Shown: positions 1 to 12,921, counted from the first letter of the whole stretch. The stretch is DNA of 57,220 bases, filler included, from Sphacelaria rigidula (GCA_964200075.2; 8 parts of 8 records of this genome joined end to end with filler, not necessarily neighbours in it); one strand, 5' to 3'. Notes: generated by a model from the sequence alone, not told the origin. Made by a program: numbers and translations.

Positions 1-635
1 CACATGTAAAAAATGCAGTAAAAAGGAGAAAAAAAAGGGGGGGGGGAACAGCATCAAGGAAGTAATGAAAAAAAAAACGGAAACCCAGCTGAGGACATAC
101 ATACTAGCACGCATGTACATGTGGAGAAACTTTCAAGAGTGTGTTGGGTATAGGGTAAATACCAGGGTATTTACTTTCCCAAAATTTGTGTTGCGATGGT
201 TCGATTTCCAAACTCTACCCAATATTTGGGTAGGGACCTTAATTAGGCTTCTACTTTCTATGCTAGCACGCTTTGGGAATAATTCGTTTATCTTGACAAT
301 TGTTGGGTCGCTCTTTTGTAAAATCGTGCTAGCATAATAAGTAGAAGCCTATCCTCAATGGATACGATGGCATTTCTCCACCCAATATCTGGATATTGTT
401 GTGTACGATCTCAATACTCTCACCCGATTTTTGCGTGCTTGGAGTACGAACATTTCGAACATACAAACGTGGCAAACATTTGTACGAGAAGAGCCAAAAT
501 ATGTATTTATAAAAATTATCGTGTCTCATACCTTCCCTTTGAAAACAACCGCGGAAAATTTTTTGTGCCTTTTACATGAATCACCAGGAAACACACACAC
601 ATTCACACATGAGACCAATATGGAAAAAATAAAAA

Positions 636-637
<2 letters not shown>

Positions 638-692
<55 letters not shown>

Positions 693-1047
693 GCCATCCC
701 ATCTATTCTGGACGCCAGTCCACACCTTTCGGTATATGTGGGTGCATCAGCCGGGGTCACACAGGAGGAAGGCCAACACAGGAGCTTCTTCTCTCTTCTA
801 TCTTGTTTTTACTACTCCACTTTCCTTCTGCGGTGCTTGCCTAGTTCTTTATCGCGAGAGGGGTTCAGCGGTCCCCTTCCCTCGTCGACAGTGAAGTCGA
901 ATTTGCGTGTACCCACGACATAATCTCTCTCCACTGTTGGGCATGGTGTGAGGGAAAAACTCAGATCGCGTGACTGCACCGAGATCCGAACCCACGACCC
1001 AAACGTCAGAAGCTTTCGAGGTGAAAAACTGAGCCACCGGGACGACC
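638..1047 (-). mobile_element. tRNA-derived SINE with (CA)n tail
   Basis: Minus strand starts with A-box-like TGGCTCAGTT and B-box-like GGTTCGGATC (~990-1040), has a non-coding body and ends in the (GT)n microsatellite at 638-691. Confidence 0.65.
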
Positions 1048-1217
1048 TGAAGCATGAAGGAAAAAAAAGTGAAGAACAAGGATTTCTTCTTCTCGCACTT
1101 TGAACCACTCCCCTTATTCGGGACGAGTCCGTGATCTAAAAGTCTCAAGGGATCGACTATTTCCATGGTACACGCCAATAATGCCGCAACTAGACCATCA
1201 AAACGCGGCGTGCTCAC

Positions 1218-1440
1218 CTCCCGCAAACGCCTCCTTTGCCGTAGAGGGGGCAAACCCCTGGCCGACAACGCGGAAGCCACTATCGTTCGGGTAATCACGC
1301 CCCTACCCCACGCTTGCAGCCTCGTTGCGGCAGCTCTCTCCGTTTCCCATTTCCGTTTCTTTTCAGCCCGCCGCCTTTGAAGCAGGGCTAACCGGGCGGC
1401 GTCTCGGGCGCGCGCTTCTTTTGCCAACCTCCTTTCCTCC
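1218..1440 (-). CDS. Exon of CH+IQ protein (charged coiled coil + IQ motif)
   Basis: AG|...|GTGAGC boundaries; reads EERRLAKEARAR...AAATRLQAWGRG...RLRE; its phase-2 start matches the phase-2 end of exon 2861-3048. Confidence 0.7.
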
Positions 1441-1699
1441 CTGTTATATTTTTATTTTCATTTTCATTGTATTATATATATTTTTGTGTTGTTTTTCTCT
1501 CAGCATAATTTCTCTTCTTCATGTTTCTTCGAATATTGGTGGCACTTGAACTTGAGCTTTTCTTCATTCCTGTTTTTACCCCCCACGAGCAGTGTTCTGT
1601 TCGCCTGTGCTTTTCGACGGTAACGATGATGGCGGTTGAAGAAGATCATATTGTGCGGGCTAAAACACCCGAACTCCGCGCAAAGAGGATAATCGTGCT

Positions 1700-1900
1700 G
1701 CGTAGTGTTTATATGGTGAAACACGCACGAGGCAGTGTGTAACCCGTGGCCATCTCTGGAAGTCCCGACGTCAGAAAATAAGGAACTCATCCGGACCTGC
1801 CATCCGTATGCAAGATGCTCAGTACGCTTCGGGCCGAACAATCTTAGCAGGGTGCAGCTCGCCCCTCATATGACTTGTCAAACACATGACGCTTCGCGCT
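1700..1900. repeat. Dispersed repeat, second copy inverted at 7166-7340
   Basis: GCTTCGGGCCGAACAATCTTAGCAGGGTGCAGCTC matches the reverse complement of 7204-7240, with similarity continuing on both sides. Confidence 0.7.
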
Positions 1901-1966
1901 TCGCGCTTGGTGATCGTGAGCTTGGTCCGGCGAAACTCCAGCGCGCTCCGTCCCAATTTTGCAGGG

Positions 1967-2363
1967 ATGCGAGGTCAATGGTCTTACGACTGTGGCATGC
2001 ATGATCACGAGTACACCCCCCCCCCCCACCGGTCAGTCTTCTCCTCGATTCCATTTTTGAATTTTAGTGGACGTGATTTGTTTTACTTTCTGTGTTTTTT
2101 GCCGTTGGTCTTTTGTTTTGCACCCCGTACGCTCAATCGCGTTTACACGCCGCAGAGTTTCACGGATTTCTGTGAAACTCGACATCAACCCGCAACTCTC
2201 AACCCAACAATGAAAATCGGAGGTGGTTGATGTCACACCCCAAATCTACATGGTTTCACTCACTTACTGACTAATAAATAAAAAAAATACGTGAACGCAC
2301 GGGGGGAAGGGGGGGTACTCATGATCTTGCATGCCGTAGTCACAAGACCATTGACCTCGCATC
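1967..2363. repeat. Inverted repeat pair (~60-bp arms), probable MITE remnant
   Basis: GATGCGAGGTCAATGGTCTT...GAGTAC(C)n at 1967-2028 pairs with (G)nTACTCATGATC...GACCATTGACCTCGCATC at 2309-2363. Confidence 0.65.
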
Positions 2364-2860
2364 CCAACAAAGCCGGGAATGAGCACGCCGAGTATTCCCC
2401 AGACCAGGCTCTGGGGGGGGGGGCGGGAGGGGTTAGTGAGAACACGCCGTAAACTACATGCATAGCCGTTGAATTTGGGGGTACGCCCCCCCCCCCGCAA
2501 AAAACAAGATTTCAAGTCGAATGAGAAAACAATAAAATAAAAAATATATATATGAACGGCGGCGGTGGATGCCTCCCATGGAATCCAGGGCGTCCTGTAC
2601 CTGCTGAATGTGCAGTAGGAGATACTACAGTCCACAGATATATCGCAAAGATGCCGACAGTTGCGCTCTTGGGCGTCAGGCGAAACCGTCACTCAAATGT
2701 ATTCGGGTCATTCTTCGTTGAATATTGATCCATCTGTCGTACTTCATACTCGCTTACATGGCGATATCTATTCCAGTTCACCGGCACAATCCTTCCACGC
2801 TATGTTGATAATACCAGCACCGATACACAGACACTAATGGTGTGCGAGAAGCCTCCCCAC

Positions 2861-3048
2861 CTGATAGAGTCTGCCATAGCCCTCCCCCGGACACCCCTCC
2901 CCAACGCCTGCAGCTTGGTGGCCGCTTGCTCCCGTCGCTTCATTAACGCTCTCCGCCGCCACGTTCGAGCAATGGCCGTGACCGCCTCTCGCCTCTGCTG
3001 GATGATGGGGGCCGTGTCTCGTCGTGTCCGCAGCATGCGGTACCACGC
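2861..3048 (-). CDS. Exon of CH+IQ protein (IQ-like motifs)
   Basis: CAG|...|GTGGGG boundaries; reads AWYRMLRTRR...AVTAIARTWRRR...AATKLQALGRGVRGR, matching the IQxxxRGxxxR pattern. Confidence 0.7.
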
Positions 3049-3469
3049 CTGTGATCATCATTTTCCAGAACAAAATCAGAGGGGTTGAGGAGGGTTATGG
3101 GTAGGCCGGGGGGGGACCATGAATTGAAAGTAATGGAAAGAAATACAATGGACATGAAACGCAAAAGAAACACGACGCGTGGATACTAGTTCACGAGACA
3201 AAATAAGATCGGCGAGTCGCCCTGCTCCATGTAAACAAAGATCTCGGGCTACGATCCCAAGCGAGAGCATGAGATCAGTTCCTCCGAAGTAGTCCCTACA
3301 CGTTTTGTCGTTAACTCATATTTTCTTCCACGACGGAGTCGAGTAAAAAACAAAACAAGAGGTACTACCGTCGACATCCAACGCCACGTTTTGCGCTGCA
3401 CTCCGCGCAAACGGGCTGCATCATGGACTGGTTCTACCTACCACAGGGACGCAACACAGTTGCTTACGT

Positions 3470-3601
3470 GATTGATCAATTGATTGATTGTCGCATTTTA
3501 ACTGACCACCCATGGGTCCAGTCGTGGTCGCATGATAGACGAGCCCAAGAAAAAAATGAACAGAAAAAAAAAAAAAAAAAAAAAAAAAACAAAAAACAAA
3601 A

Positions 3602-3634
<33 letters not shown>

Positions 3635-3770
3635 TCAACAAAAGCAAAGCACACACAGAAAGAGATGGCAAACCTAGAAAAAAACACACACACACACAAA
3701 AAATGGAATAAAATAACTGAAAGGGAAAAAAGCCCAAGGGGTTCAGGGCAGCAGAGTATATAAAGACACA
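3470..3770 (-). mobile_element. Non-LTR retroposon 3' end with (ATCA)n tail; copies at 13200-13358 (+) and 48482-48625 (-)
   Basis: The shared core TTAACTGACCACCCATGGGTCCAG(T/C)CGTGGTCGCA next to (GATT)n occurs in pieces 1 and 7, with a more diverged copy on the opposite strand in piece 2. Confidence 0.7.
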
Positions 3771-4454
3771 CACCAGTGGGCGCCGCAGAGCCACCGACTA
3801 AGGACATAATCAACAATAATATCAATGGATATGCCGTTGGTTGGCCACTCTCATGCAATACCTGCATAGCCGTGGCCGCTGGTAAGTGAAGTCGCTCCCG
3901 GTGTATGCGAGGACGTATGTTCAGCAGCTGTACACAAGCACATGGGCGCGCGCGGAAATAGCGTCGAGATCAATATCAATTTCAACATCAACAACGACAA
4001 ACAACAAGAGCAGCTGACACAAGAAGGGCGACGTAAACGCTCATCACAGTTTACGAACAAACGCAAAAGGGAGCGCTATTATACCTGTCGAGTCAAAACT
4101 TTTCAACGGCGAAAATCAGATCGTGTACCTTCAACAAAAAAACCAAGCGCATCTATATGGTAGAAATCGAACCCGCCATATTTCCACCCTAACGGCCTCA
4201 GCTGGACCATTTTCATTTGTAGTCCACCGGGACGCGGTGGCTAATAACGGAGAACCAAAAAAGCTTCGCACTCAACTTCTTCACGTTGAGACGTCCGTGA
4301 CGTGCCCCTTCACCCCATACGAAATGAGAGGATAGGAGCAGGCAAAAAAAAAAAAAAAACGTAGCTACGATAATATACGTCAAGATTTGGTAAGATATCA
4401 CCCTACCGACAAGAAAATAAAACCATGTCCTCGCGGAGCAAGAGGATACCTTAC

Positions 4455-4634
4455 CTGCGCGACGAAGGCAATGTTGTACAGGTGGGCTTTGCGGGTGATG
4501 TGGTTAGGTCGAATCAACGGGGCAAGGCCAAGCGACTGAGCCCCCGATATCACGCTGCATGCCCGTCGGAAACGCCTCCTCGATTCGTCCTCCTCCTCGA
4601 GATACTCTGGCTCCTGAAAGTCATCCTTCAGTTC
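4455..4634 (-). CDS. Exon encoding C-terminal half of fimbrin/plastin-type CH domain
   Basis: CAG|ELKDDFQEPEYL...RRACSVISGAQSLG...IRPNHI...LYNIAFVAQ|GTAAG; 180 nt, phase 0-0; resembles the fimbrin CH2 end motif (LNLAFVA). Confidence 0.8.
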
Positions 4635-4813
4635 CTGGTCGAGTTGCAATAAAGCGGATCTGCTTCAACACTTCGGATGTATTTATTCCAGATCCATATC
4701 TTCCCCGCAGCTTATCTTAATCCGACTCTTTAGCCCCTACACTGTACCATGGATACACGAGTAGACACAAAGTGACTTTAAAAAAGTACTCGCTGTGCTA
4801 ATTTACTGTGCAT

Positions 4814-5124
4814 GAGTGTTGAAAATAGAACGGAATAAAAGTCCGACACGATTTATTTTTCAAATATCGACGAAAAAACGTCGATATCGATATTTTTATC
4901 GATACTCGGAAACTGGCCAAACAACCGGTTTTTTAGCTTTCTGGCCTTTTTTTGCTGTTTTTGAAGGACCATTTTTGCAAGAAAAGGGGAGGACCGATGA
5001 TGTAAATTCACTATCCCCTCCCTTTTTCAGCAAGCGGGGCATCGAGAGAGCCAGTTTGTGTATCGAAAGTATCGGCTCACGAGCTCGCGATACTCGATAT
5101 TTCGATACACGATTTTCGACACTG
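4814..5124. mobile_element. hAT-like MITE in an intron
   Basis: Ends GAGTGTTGAAAAT / ATTTTCGACACTG, ATCGAT-rich subterminal repeats, and 8-bp flanks CTGTGCAT vs CGGTGAAT (6/8 match). Confidence 0.6.
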
Positions 5125-5510
5125 CGGTGAATGACCCATAAAGGTACGTCTTGACCTCTGGATTTTCTTTAGGGTACACGCTAAGCAACGTGAAAACAGT
5201 ACACGCTACGCTAGTGTGCTGCATTGTACCGTACATGAGACAAAAAGGTATCCAGCACTCTGGACGGTACCTCCATGAGGGACACCAAGCACTTTCAACA
5301 CATGGGTACTGTACACGACAGCGACAAGGTGATCTGAACACTACCCTGTACCTTCACTTTCCGTGCCGCGGGCACGTTCAATTGCGCGCGAGTGCGGCAA
5401 TCAAGACTATCCCTTCAACATGAAAGGAGAAAGGTGCGCCGCACGAGAGATTCAGCACTCGAGAGCATCCAAAATTACGCCAAAAAGGCACACAAAATTC
5501 CATGTCGTAC

Positions 5511-5589
5511 CTTTATAAGGACGGTATAGCACTGTCCATTTGCCAGGTCGTCCGAAAAGTTCGACACTCTCCGTTCGCTGCCTCCCCAC
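5511..5589 (-). CDS. Exon of fimbrin/plastin-type CH domain (absent from ORF track)
   Basis: CAG|(R)WGGSERRVSNFSDDLANGQCYTVLIK|GTACG; resembles fimbrin VxNFSxDxxDGxxY; phases 2-0 join both neighbouring exons. Confidence 0.8.
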
Positions 5590-5603
5590 CTGCGTTATCC
5601 CCG

Positions 5604-5660
<57 letters not shown>
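5604..5660. repeat. (AAC)n microsatellite
   Basis: Perfect trinucleotide run just upstream of the minus-strand splice acceptor at 5590. Confidence 0.95.
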
Positions 5661-5989
5661 GGTGTACACACAGGAACAACACAGCGAGTGACAGCCAGAA
5701 AGAGGTACAGTTAGTGAGAGAAATGGAGAAGAACCACAACAAAACAAGATGAAGTAAAACACGAAATGAGCCCAGATATGGCTGGCCCCTGCAGCATGGC
5801 GTCAGGTGAAAATCAACATGAAGTACATCGAAGGCCAAACGATTGAGGTGCGACAACCGATAATAACAATGAATCAACCCGTCACCGGATGTTTTTCCCA
5901 ATGATCCTGAAGGATCCTACCTGAGAGGACCTATCCCTACCCGTCTGTGTAGCAGTGCCAAAAGGGGTTTGAGAAAGTACAGCGCGGTA

Positions 5990-6170
5990 TAGTAGGGTAC
6001 AGTACAGTACAGTACAGTATAATGTTAGCGTAGTGTAGGGTAACGTAGTGTAGGGTAACGTAGTGTAGTGTTGTGTCGTGTAGTCTAGTACAGTCAAGAA
6101 TGTTTTAGCATAGTGTAGTACAGCATAGTAGGTTACAGTCTAGTTTAGTCTAGTCTTAGGTACTATAGCG
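5990..6170. repeat. Degenerate pentamer repeat (GTAGT/GTACA)
   Basis: Visible low-complexity tandem array in an intron. Confidence 0.85.
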
Positions 6171-6209
6171 AAGGAAAGGAAAGTAGAGTGCAGTATCGAT
6201 ATATTGTAC

Positions 6210-6316
6210 CTGAGGTGGTGGTTGAACCAGCGCAGCAGCACGTCCTCCACAGGGAGCGCGAAAAAATCCGCCTTCGATTCGTCATCTTCCATAAGGTGGA
6301 TGAGGTCCGGACATCG
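6210..6316 (-). CDS. Exon at start of fimbrin/plastin-type CH2 domain
   Basis: CAG|RCPDLIHLMEDDESKADFFALPVEDVLLRWFNHHL|GTACAA; matches the fimbrin linker/CH2 motif LPPExxLLRWFNxHL. Confidence 0.85.
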
Positions 6317-7065
6317 CTGACACAACACAAAAAGCACAAGAGAAAAAAGAACCGGGAGGCTCCTGTTGTTAAAGCTTTTGTGTCATGTCCTATCATAATC
6401 CTCCACTCGCTTCTCCGATCGATGTACGACTAGTACTTCCGCCAACAACACGAGCCTTGCAACGAGTGTTGGGTAGATTATATACCAGGGTACTTACTGT
6501 AGTCCCAAGGTTTGTGTTGCAATGGCACCATCTCCAAACTCGACGTATGTGTACCACTTGGTCGATGAAGAAATTCGTCGAAAATATATTATTCCGAACT
6601 ATTATAACGCTGACCCTGATTCTAACTCAAGGCATACCGAGAATCCTCGGGCGAGGGGGGTGCGAAGCGTTCCCTGGGCAAAGTGTGGCGTTGGCAAACC
6701 TCAAACCAGCGCGCAGCGCCGATTTTGACGAAAACCCGTTCTACGCAGGCTGCGGGCAGTTGGGGCTGTCAGTCCCACTCAAGATCCTAATATTGGAATT
6801 TGCACTCAAATCAAGTCATGAAAATTCCGGTAAGATTCGAATGGACAAAGTGGTTAACTCTACTGCGAAAGTCTACCCAATATCTGAACATTAGAGAGTT
6901 TCGGGAAAAAATCAGAACTCAGGGATAAAAGCGAGAACGACCGGATTGTTTACGCTTAAACCCCAGGTTTGTTTTTATATATTTTTACCACGTAGGTGTG
7001 GACCGTGGCCAACTTTTCAGGGTACAGTATTTTCTGTTCCGAATGCCACGTGGTCGGTGTCATGG

Positions 7066-7165
7066 NNNNNNNNNNNNNNNNNNNNNNNNNNNNNNNNNNN
7101 NNNNNNNNNTTAATTAATTAANNNNNNNNNNNNNNNNNNNNNNNNNNNNNNNNNNNNNNNNNNNN
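7066..7165. other. Artificial linker; also 14231-14330, 21396-21495, 28561-28660, 35726-35825, 42891-42990, 50056-50155
   Basis: N44-TTAATTAATTAA-N44 (stops in all six frames) recurs with an exact 7,165-bp period; 8x7065+7x100=57220. Confidence 0.99.
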
Positions 7166-9639
7166 GAAGCGCCGTGGTGTGTTCGGCGAGTCGCGTGAAG
7201 GGTGAGCTGCATCCTGCTAAGATTGTTCGACCCGAAGCCTACTGATAATCTTGCATTTGGATGACAGCCTCTTAGTCGCTTCACTTTTAGGTGTCGCCAC
7301 TTCCAGAGACAGCCACGGCTTCTACACTGCTTCATGGGTGTCTAGTTGGGGTGGGGGGCGGGGGGGGGGGAAGGCGTACTCATTTTGGGGGGGGGGGGGG
7401 GGGGAGCAAGCAGGGGAAGAGACAAAGACACGGGGGGAGGGAACCAANNNNNNNNNNGGCGAAGGGGAGAGTAGGGGGGGGGGGGGGAAGGGAGAGCGGG
7501 TCGTTGTGAGGGGGGCTGTGAAGGGGGGGGGGGGGGAAGCAAGCAGAGTACGTGACCAAGACACGTATGGCAGGAACCAAGGAAATTATCAATGCGAGGA
7601 GTGCACGTGTCGATGGTTTTCATGGGGTACATGGTATACAAAGTGCCCGGACAAGTATAACCCGAACATCAAATTTCGGGACAAATTCAACGTGCGTGCT
7701 TCGGCGTCGTCAGGGATCAAGTGTTTCTCAATTCGTGTGTCAGAGTCATGCTACGATAGGAGGCGGGAGGGGGAGAGGGGAGAGGGGGTTGGTTCCACAA
7801 AAATGTGGGATCATCATAGGTGTGTCAGACGACCTAACACCCTCACGTTGCGCTTGTATTTGGGTCAAAACGGTCAAGCAGTATGACTGAGCGTTATTTA
7901 TTGGTAACAAGCCCGTTCGAGCAACCGTTGCTGCTTTTTCAACCACGATTTAAAATGGAATTTCGTGAAAGAGCTGGTCTTGATGTGTCGTTATTTTCTT
8001 CATCTTCCTCTTTTCTCGAGTTCGTTCTCTGCGGGGAATCCCTCCGATTATCTGCCTTCGGTGCGTATATCTTACGACCGGGGCTGGATTCGAGCGGAGC
8101 AGGTACTGTATTGTGAAACAACCAATCAGTGCTCCGCCTCGGTTTGTCTGTTTCGCGTTGTTTCCCAGTTTTGTTTTCGCTCACACTCTAACCCCTCCCC
8201 CCCTCCTCGGGACGAGTCCATGGTCTCAAGGAATCAACCCATCTCTCCCCGGTATACGCCTTGCATTTTGATCTCGTGATTTTGGTCAGCACTCCCGCAC
8301 CGCGTCAACTTTTTTCAAACAAATCCGTCAAGTATTTTTCGTCTACTCACGTCCTCACGTGTTTCGACGGTGGAAACCAGATACTTCAGAAAAAAAAAAC
8401 GCGACACCTTTGGGTGGAATCGAAGCCACGTGTTCTCCACCGTAAGGGTGTCAGTCGGACAATCAGACATAAGCAGTGGGTGTTTCTTTTGTTTTCGGTC
8501 GTGTTGATTGGCTGTTGACAGTTTGAATTATTCGCGTTATTTCTATTGCTTTCGAGTCCCATTTTTCATTTCCAGGCCCGTGATTTCATGGTATCAATAC
8601 CGTGATATACGCATACATACTGTATACAACATGTATGCGTATGAGGGAACAGGCGATGTTTTTCCCCTGAAACCTTTTTCACTCCATTTGATAGAATATT
8701 TTCGTATGCAGTAAAACAGGTCTTCCTCCTCCATTTGATACGGCTATTCAGATAACTTCATGTCTCTGCAATCCCCACAGCCATCATCTCAACCTGCCAT
8801 TGTCAAAATAAGCCAATGAACCAATCAAATCGGGGCCTTCTATTGCCTGAGGGCTTTTGGTCCAACATAATTACCGTGGTAATCCTGTAACGAAAATAAG
8901 TAAAGACGAAAATGTGCGATTATTATAATTAGAGAGTTTCTTACGTACTCGAGTGATAGGACAAAAATAAGCTGTAGCTGCGTTTCGCGTACCTGCGTTG
9001 TGGTGCCGTCCTTTGTCGTCCCGTCGTCTCGGTATTCTGGACCATCTCCACGCACCGTGCCGGAAAGATTAACATCGGGTTCCACGAGCGGGTGCTGGAG
9101 CTCAGCAGTGAGCTATTGGAGGTGTGTGTACGTGTCGGATGTTCGCCCTGTCTCTGTGCGTGCGCGTTCTCTGGTTACTTGATTGTCGTGGCATTTTTTA
9201 CCAAAAAATCCAGTTCTTCAACAGTGAAATTACTATTTGTGTCATTTCGGTCGTACATTTTTCTTTTTCCGTCACAGGTAAATCATGTCACATCATCGCA
9301 GTTTTTGCTACGCGCATGGGTGATATCCCGAAGCCTGACATATGATGCAGGAAAAACTGCTCTGCACTCGATCACTTTATAACAGTCCAAATTTGGTCTG
9401 AGTAGGGAACAGTCTCAAGGCCTGCTATGATAATAAGGCTGTACCAGGTGTAACCAGACTTGTGAAACGAGAAGTTAGTTCACGTGTTGAGATATCGTTA
9501 CAGGGGTTCTGGGCAAGGATGTGCACTGTTTTCGAGAGACTGATGACGAGTTTACTGCGAGCCAGGGAAATTGAACTAATGTGGTGATGTGAAAAAAAAA
9601 AGGAGCGAGGCGAGTGCGATTTAGAGGGGGAGGTACTCA

Positions 9640-11820
9640 TTTCTTGCTTGCCCTTTCGAGACGCAGCCCCGTCCCTACTCCTCATAGCGACACTTCCAAC
9701 ATTTAGGTGATCATTACTTTTCTTCCATGCCTTACACAAAAATCTTTTTTATATCTTATTCCCTTCCTGTTTCGCCGTCTGTGGCCGCCATCTATCCCCT
9801 AGTGTAGCTATCGTTTTCTCGCTACTGTCTAATGCATCAAATGATTTCATGCCACCTTCGTTCACGTCCCGCATTTCCCCCTCTAGCGCATCCCGTTGCT
9901 CCTTGTATAGTTCACGTTCTGCCACTATATGAGTTATGCTCTCTAATCCTTTGCCACAGGGACAATTGTGTGCATCTACTTCCTCCTTCTCTCGACTACT
10001 GGTGAATTTCTTCCTTCTCTCTGGCAGGTCCAGGTCCCCCACCGAAAGTCGCAGTTTCAATTTTTTCGCCGCGTCCATTGGGCCATGCATACATGTTTTC
10101 ATCCCGATCCCCTCTTTCATTCTCCCGTAAATCTTCAGGTGTTTTTCCTCGTCTACTTTGTGTTTGAGCGCTTCTTTCCCCTTATTTCTATCGTGTCTCT
10201 TACTCTTGTCTTGTACCCCGCGCCTTCACCTATGGACAGTATTTTGTCTTGGTTTCCTCCTATCTCCTTCAATACTTTGTCGACTTTTCTTTCCCACCTT
10301 CTTTCCGCCTGCCCTTTCGTTATTTTCTTCCATACAGCCCTGTCAACTATAGCTGGCAATTTCTTTATCTGTATTTTTTTACGCTGTATTGCCATCGCAA
10401 TTTTCTCATGTATCTGCTTGTTTCAAGTAGGTACGTTACCAACTCTGCTCTCAAAACTGTATTACTCGTCGTTTTCGAGCGTCCAAGTATTTTCTTCGCT
10501 GCTGCCATTTGTGCTGTTTCCAACTTCTCCATCAACTTAACGTCCCATACTTCCCCTACATATTCGAGCTTTGGTACGATCACGTTCATCAGGATACATC
10601 TCTTAATTCTAGTGCCTAGGTGCGAGTCTCTGGGGATCACGTGAATCCTACCTATTCGTGACTTGCCCTTTTCTATTACTTTATTTATGTGCGCATCCCG
10701 ACAACAGTTTTTTTATATCTCTACGCCAAGGTATGTATACTGGTCTACAATCGGCACTTCCTCTTCTCCCCACTTCCATTTGAACTCTACCGGATTTTCA
10801 TCATCTTCGTTACAGCCGAGTACCGCTCCTTTGTTAACGTTCGTTGCCACTCTCCATTTCCTAGTGTATTCTAGCGCCTTTTCTAGCTGCTTTTGCAGCC
10901 CTTCTGCTGTTCTAAAAATCCCCACGAAATCATCCGCGAAAACTAAACCCGATACCATATCTTCACCCGCTTTGACTCCTTGCTTTGCTGCTTATATTGC
11001 TAATACCAGGCCATTAATAATTACGAAGTACCTTGAACAAAGTGGGTGATCACGTGCTTCCTTGTGCAACTCCTTGTAAATATATAAAAATATTTCGATA
11101 TTCCCTGTCTAGCATTATACCACTTTGGCGCACTCTGCCATCTTTTTCACCGTTCTTCACATCTTTCCTCTGATCCCAGTTTCCCACAACTTTTTCCACA
11201 ACCCATTTCTCCATACTGTGTCATAGGACTTTTGCACGTCCAAAACGAAACAGTACGTCCTCAGCCCGACGTCTTTCCTACCCTGAATAATCTTACCTAG
11301 TGTGTGCACATGGTCTACGCAACTACGGTCTGGACCACATCCTGCTTGTCCCTCGCTGATTTTCTCTTCCTTTTCTAGCATCGTTTCTACTCCATCGTTC
11401 AGAATCTTACAGAATGTTTTCCCTACTGTGCTCAGAAGCGTTATCCCTCTATAATTTCCTGAGTCAGCCTTGTCTCCTTTCTTCAAAACGTTGGCTACTA
11501 CTCCTTCTCTCCACCTCTTGGGTGTGTACTCGTTTTTCCACATCCAGTTATACAGCATGGCCATCATGGTAATCATTCCCTCTCCCTCGTACTTTAGAGA
11601 TTTATTAACTACTTCGTCTGCCCCTGCTGCCTTTCTGTTCTTGAGTTTAGCTAGGCACTCCTTTACTTCATCTCTGGTAAACTCTCTGAGCAATTATTTT
11701 GAGCCACTGTCCTCCCGTTTCGACGCCTCTAGATTTGCCTCTGCCCACGCGTTGATTCTTTTTCGAACTCCGTGTCGAGTTTGGTGCTACTCTTTTGTGT
11801 TCCTAATTTACGGGAGTGTA
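9640..11820 (-). mobile_element. Decayed, 5'-truncated LINE ORF2 (reverse transcriptase and C-terminal Cys/His motif)
   Basis: Fragments KAAGAD, NYRGITLLSTVGK, QAG, LDVQKSYDTV, GLVFADDFVG, YTYLGV and terminal CPCG..E..THIVAE; many stops and frameshifts. Confidence 0.92.
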
Positions 11821-12639
11821 GAGGGGGTGTAGGAAAAGACCAATGCACGAACCAAGTTGTCTTCGTACGTTGGATCACTCCCGCAGTCCTGCAGGAAATA
11901 TATCTACTTGCGGAGACCTCCACACTACTTCTATGGTTGTTTCCGGGCAGTGTAGAATACTTGTTCAAGGTTAATTAGGTTAGGGAGGGGGGGGGGGTAC
12001 TCATTTGTTGCTTGCCTTAGTCGTTCGACCATTGACCACGCATCCCTTTCGAGACGGAGCACAGGGGGGGGGGTGCCGTAACTGGAGGATGGTGCCGTAA
12101 CTGGAGGATATCCGGGTATCTTCCGCTTTCTTCCGTGACAATCAACAATCCAGTCGTTTCGCTTCTGTTTTGGCGTCATCGTTTTGAGTATTTGCTTTTC
12201 CTTTGTTTTTTTCCCGTGCCTGCTCCGTTCCGTCGTGTATTTCGACTGAGACGTTTCCGGTGAGCGATTCGACAACGTGGGGTGTACCACACAGCTCACT
12301 CGCACCTATACTGTACGTTTACTTTCTTCATTCTTCTCCCCTCTGTACATTATTGGTTCCACCCTGTCTGTTTTGTTCCGTTGACAGCGCTCTAGTTGTT
12401 GTCTTACGACTGCTCATGCAGCGGTCACGGCGGCGACTCACTGGCTCATATGGGGTAGGCTGGGAATAGTAAGGCTAGCGTTTAGCCGAGAATGAAATCA
12501 TGGCAGATGACCCTGGAATATATGCTCAACGTCTGAGCAACGGCCGTTTGCTAGCAGAAGTTGCTCGATCTCTTGCGTTGAATCTTAGACCTGGGTTGGG
12601 CGTGTCCCTAGTGAACGAGTCATCGACCGTTACTGTAGG

Positions 12640-12921
12640 TCAATGGCAACCACAGCGTGTTTCAAATGAGTACATGGAGAGGAGGCTACCACCACTGCCT
12701 GCATGGCTGGCCGAAGTAATCGCAGGATTCGGTGTTCTGCAATACTCTCGGTTTCCGCAGTCAATCCACGGCGCGTTTCCACGTTTTTCTCGCTTGTTCT
12801 GCACCCTCATGTACTTTCCATCCTTCGTTCTTCTGCTCCTCCTTGATTCGTTTTTACAGATTATGCCTACAGGCGGCAGACCAGGGCCTTCGCCTTTGGA
12901 CAACTTTTTCTACTGGAACAG
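12640..12921 (+). other. Two candidate exons of an unidentified gene (approx. 12640-12716 and 12860-12921)
   Basis: AG/GT boundaries with a pyrimidine tract; in-frame QWQPQRVSNEYMERRLPPLPAWLAE|IMPTGGRPGPSPLDNFFYWN; no recognisable domain. Confidence 0.3.

Noticed and set aside
3421-3867. Poly-F/poly-K ORFs (also poly-CV at 640, poly-N/T/L at 5500 and poly-G at 7251)
   Set aside because: These are translations of homopolymers and microsatellites.
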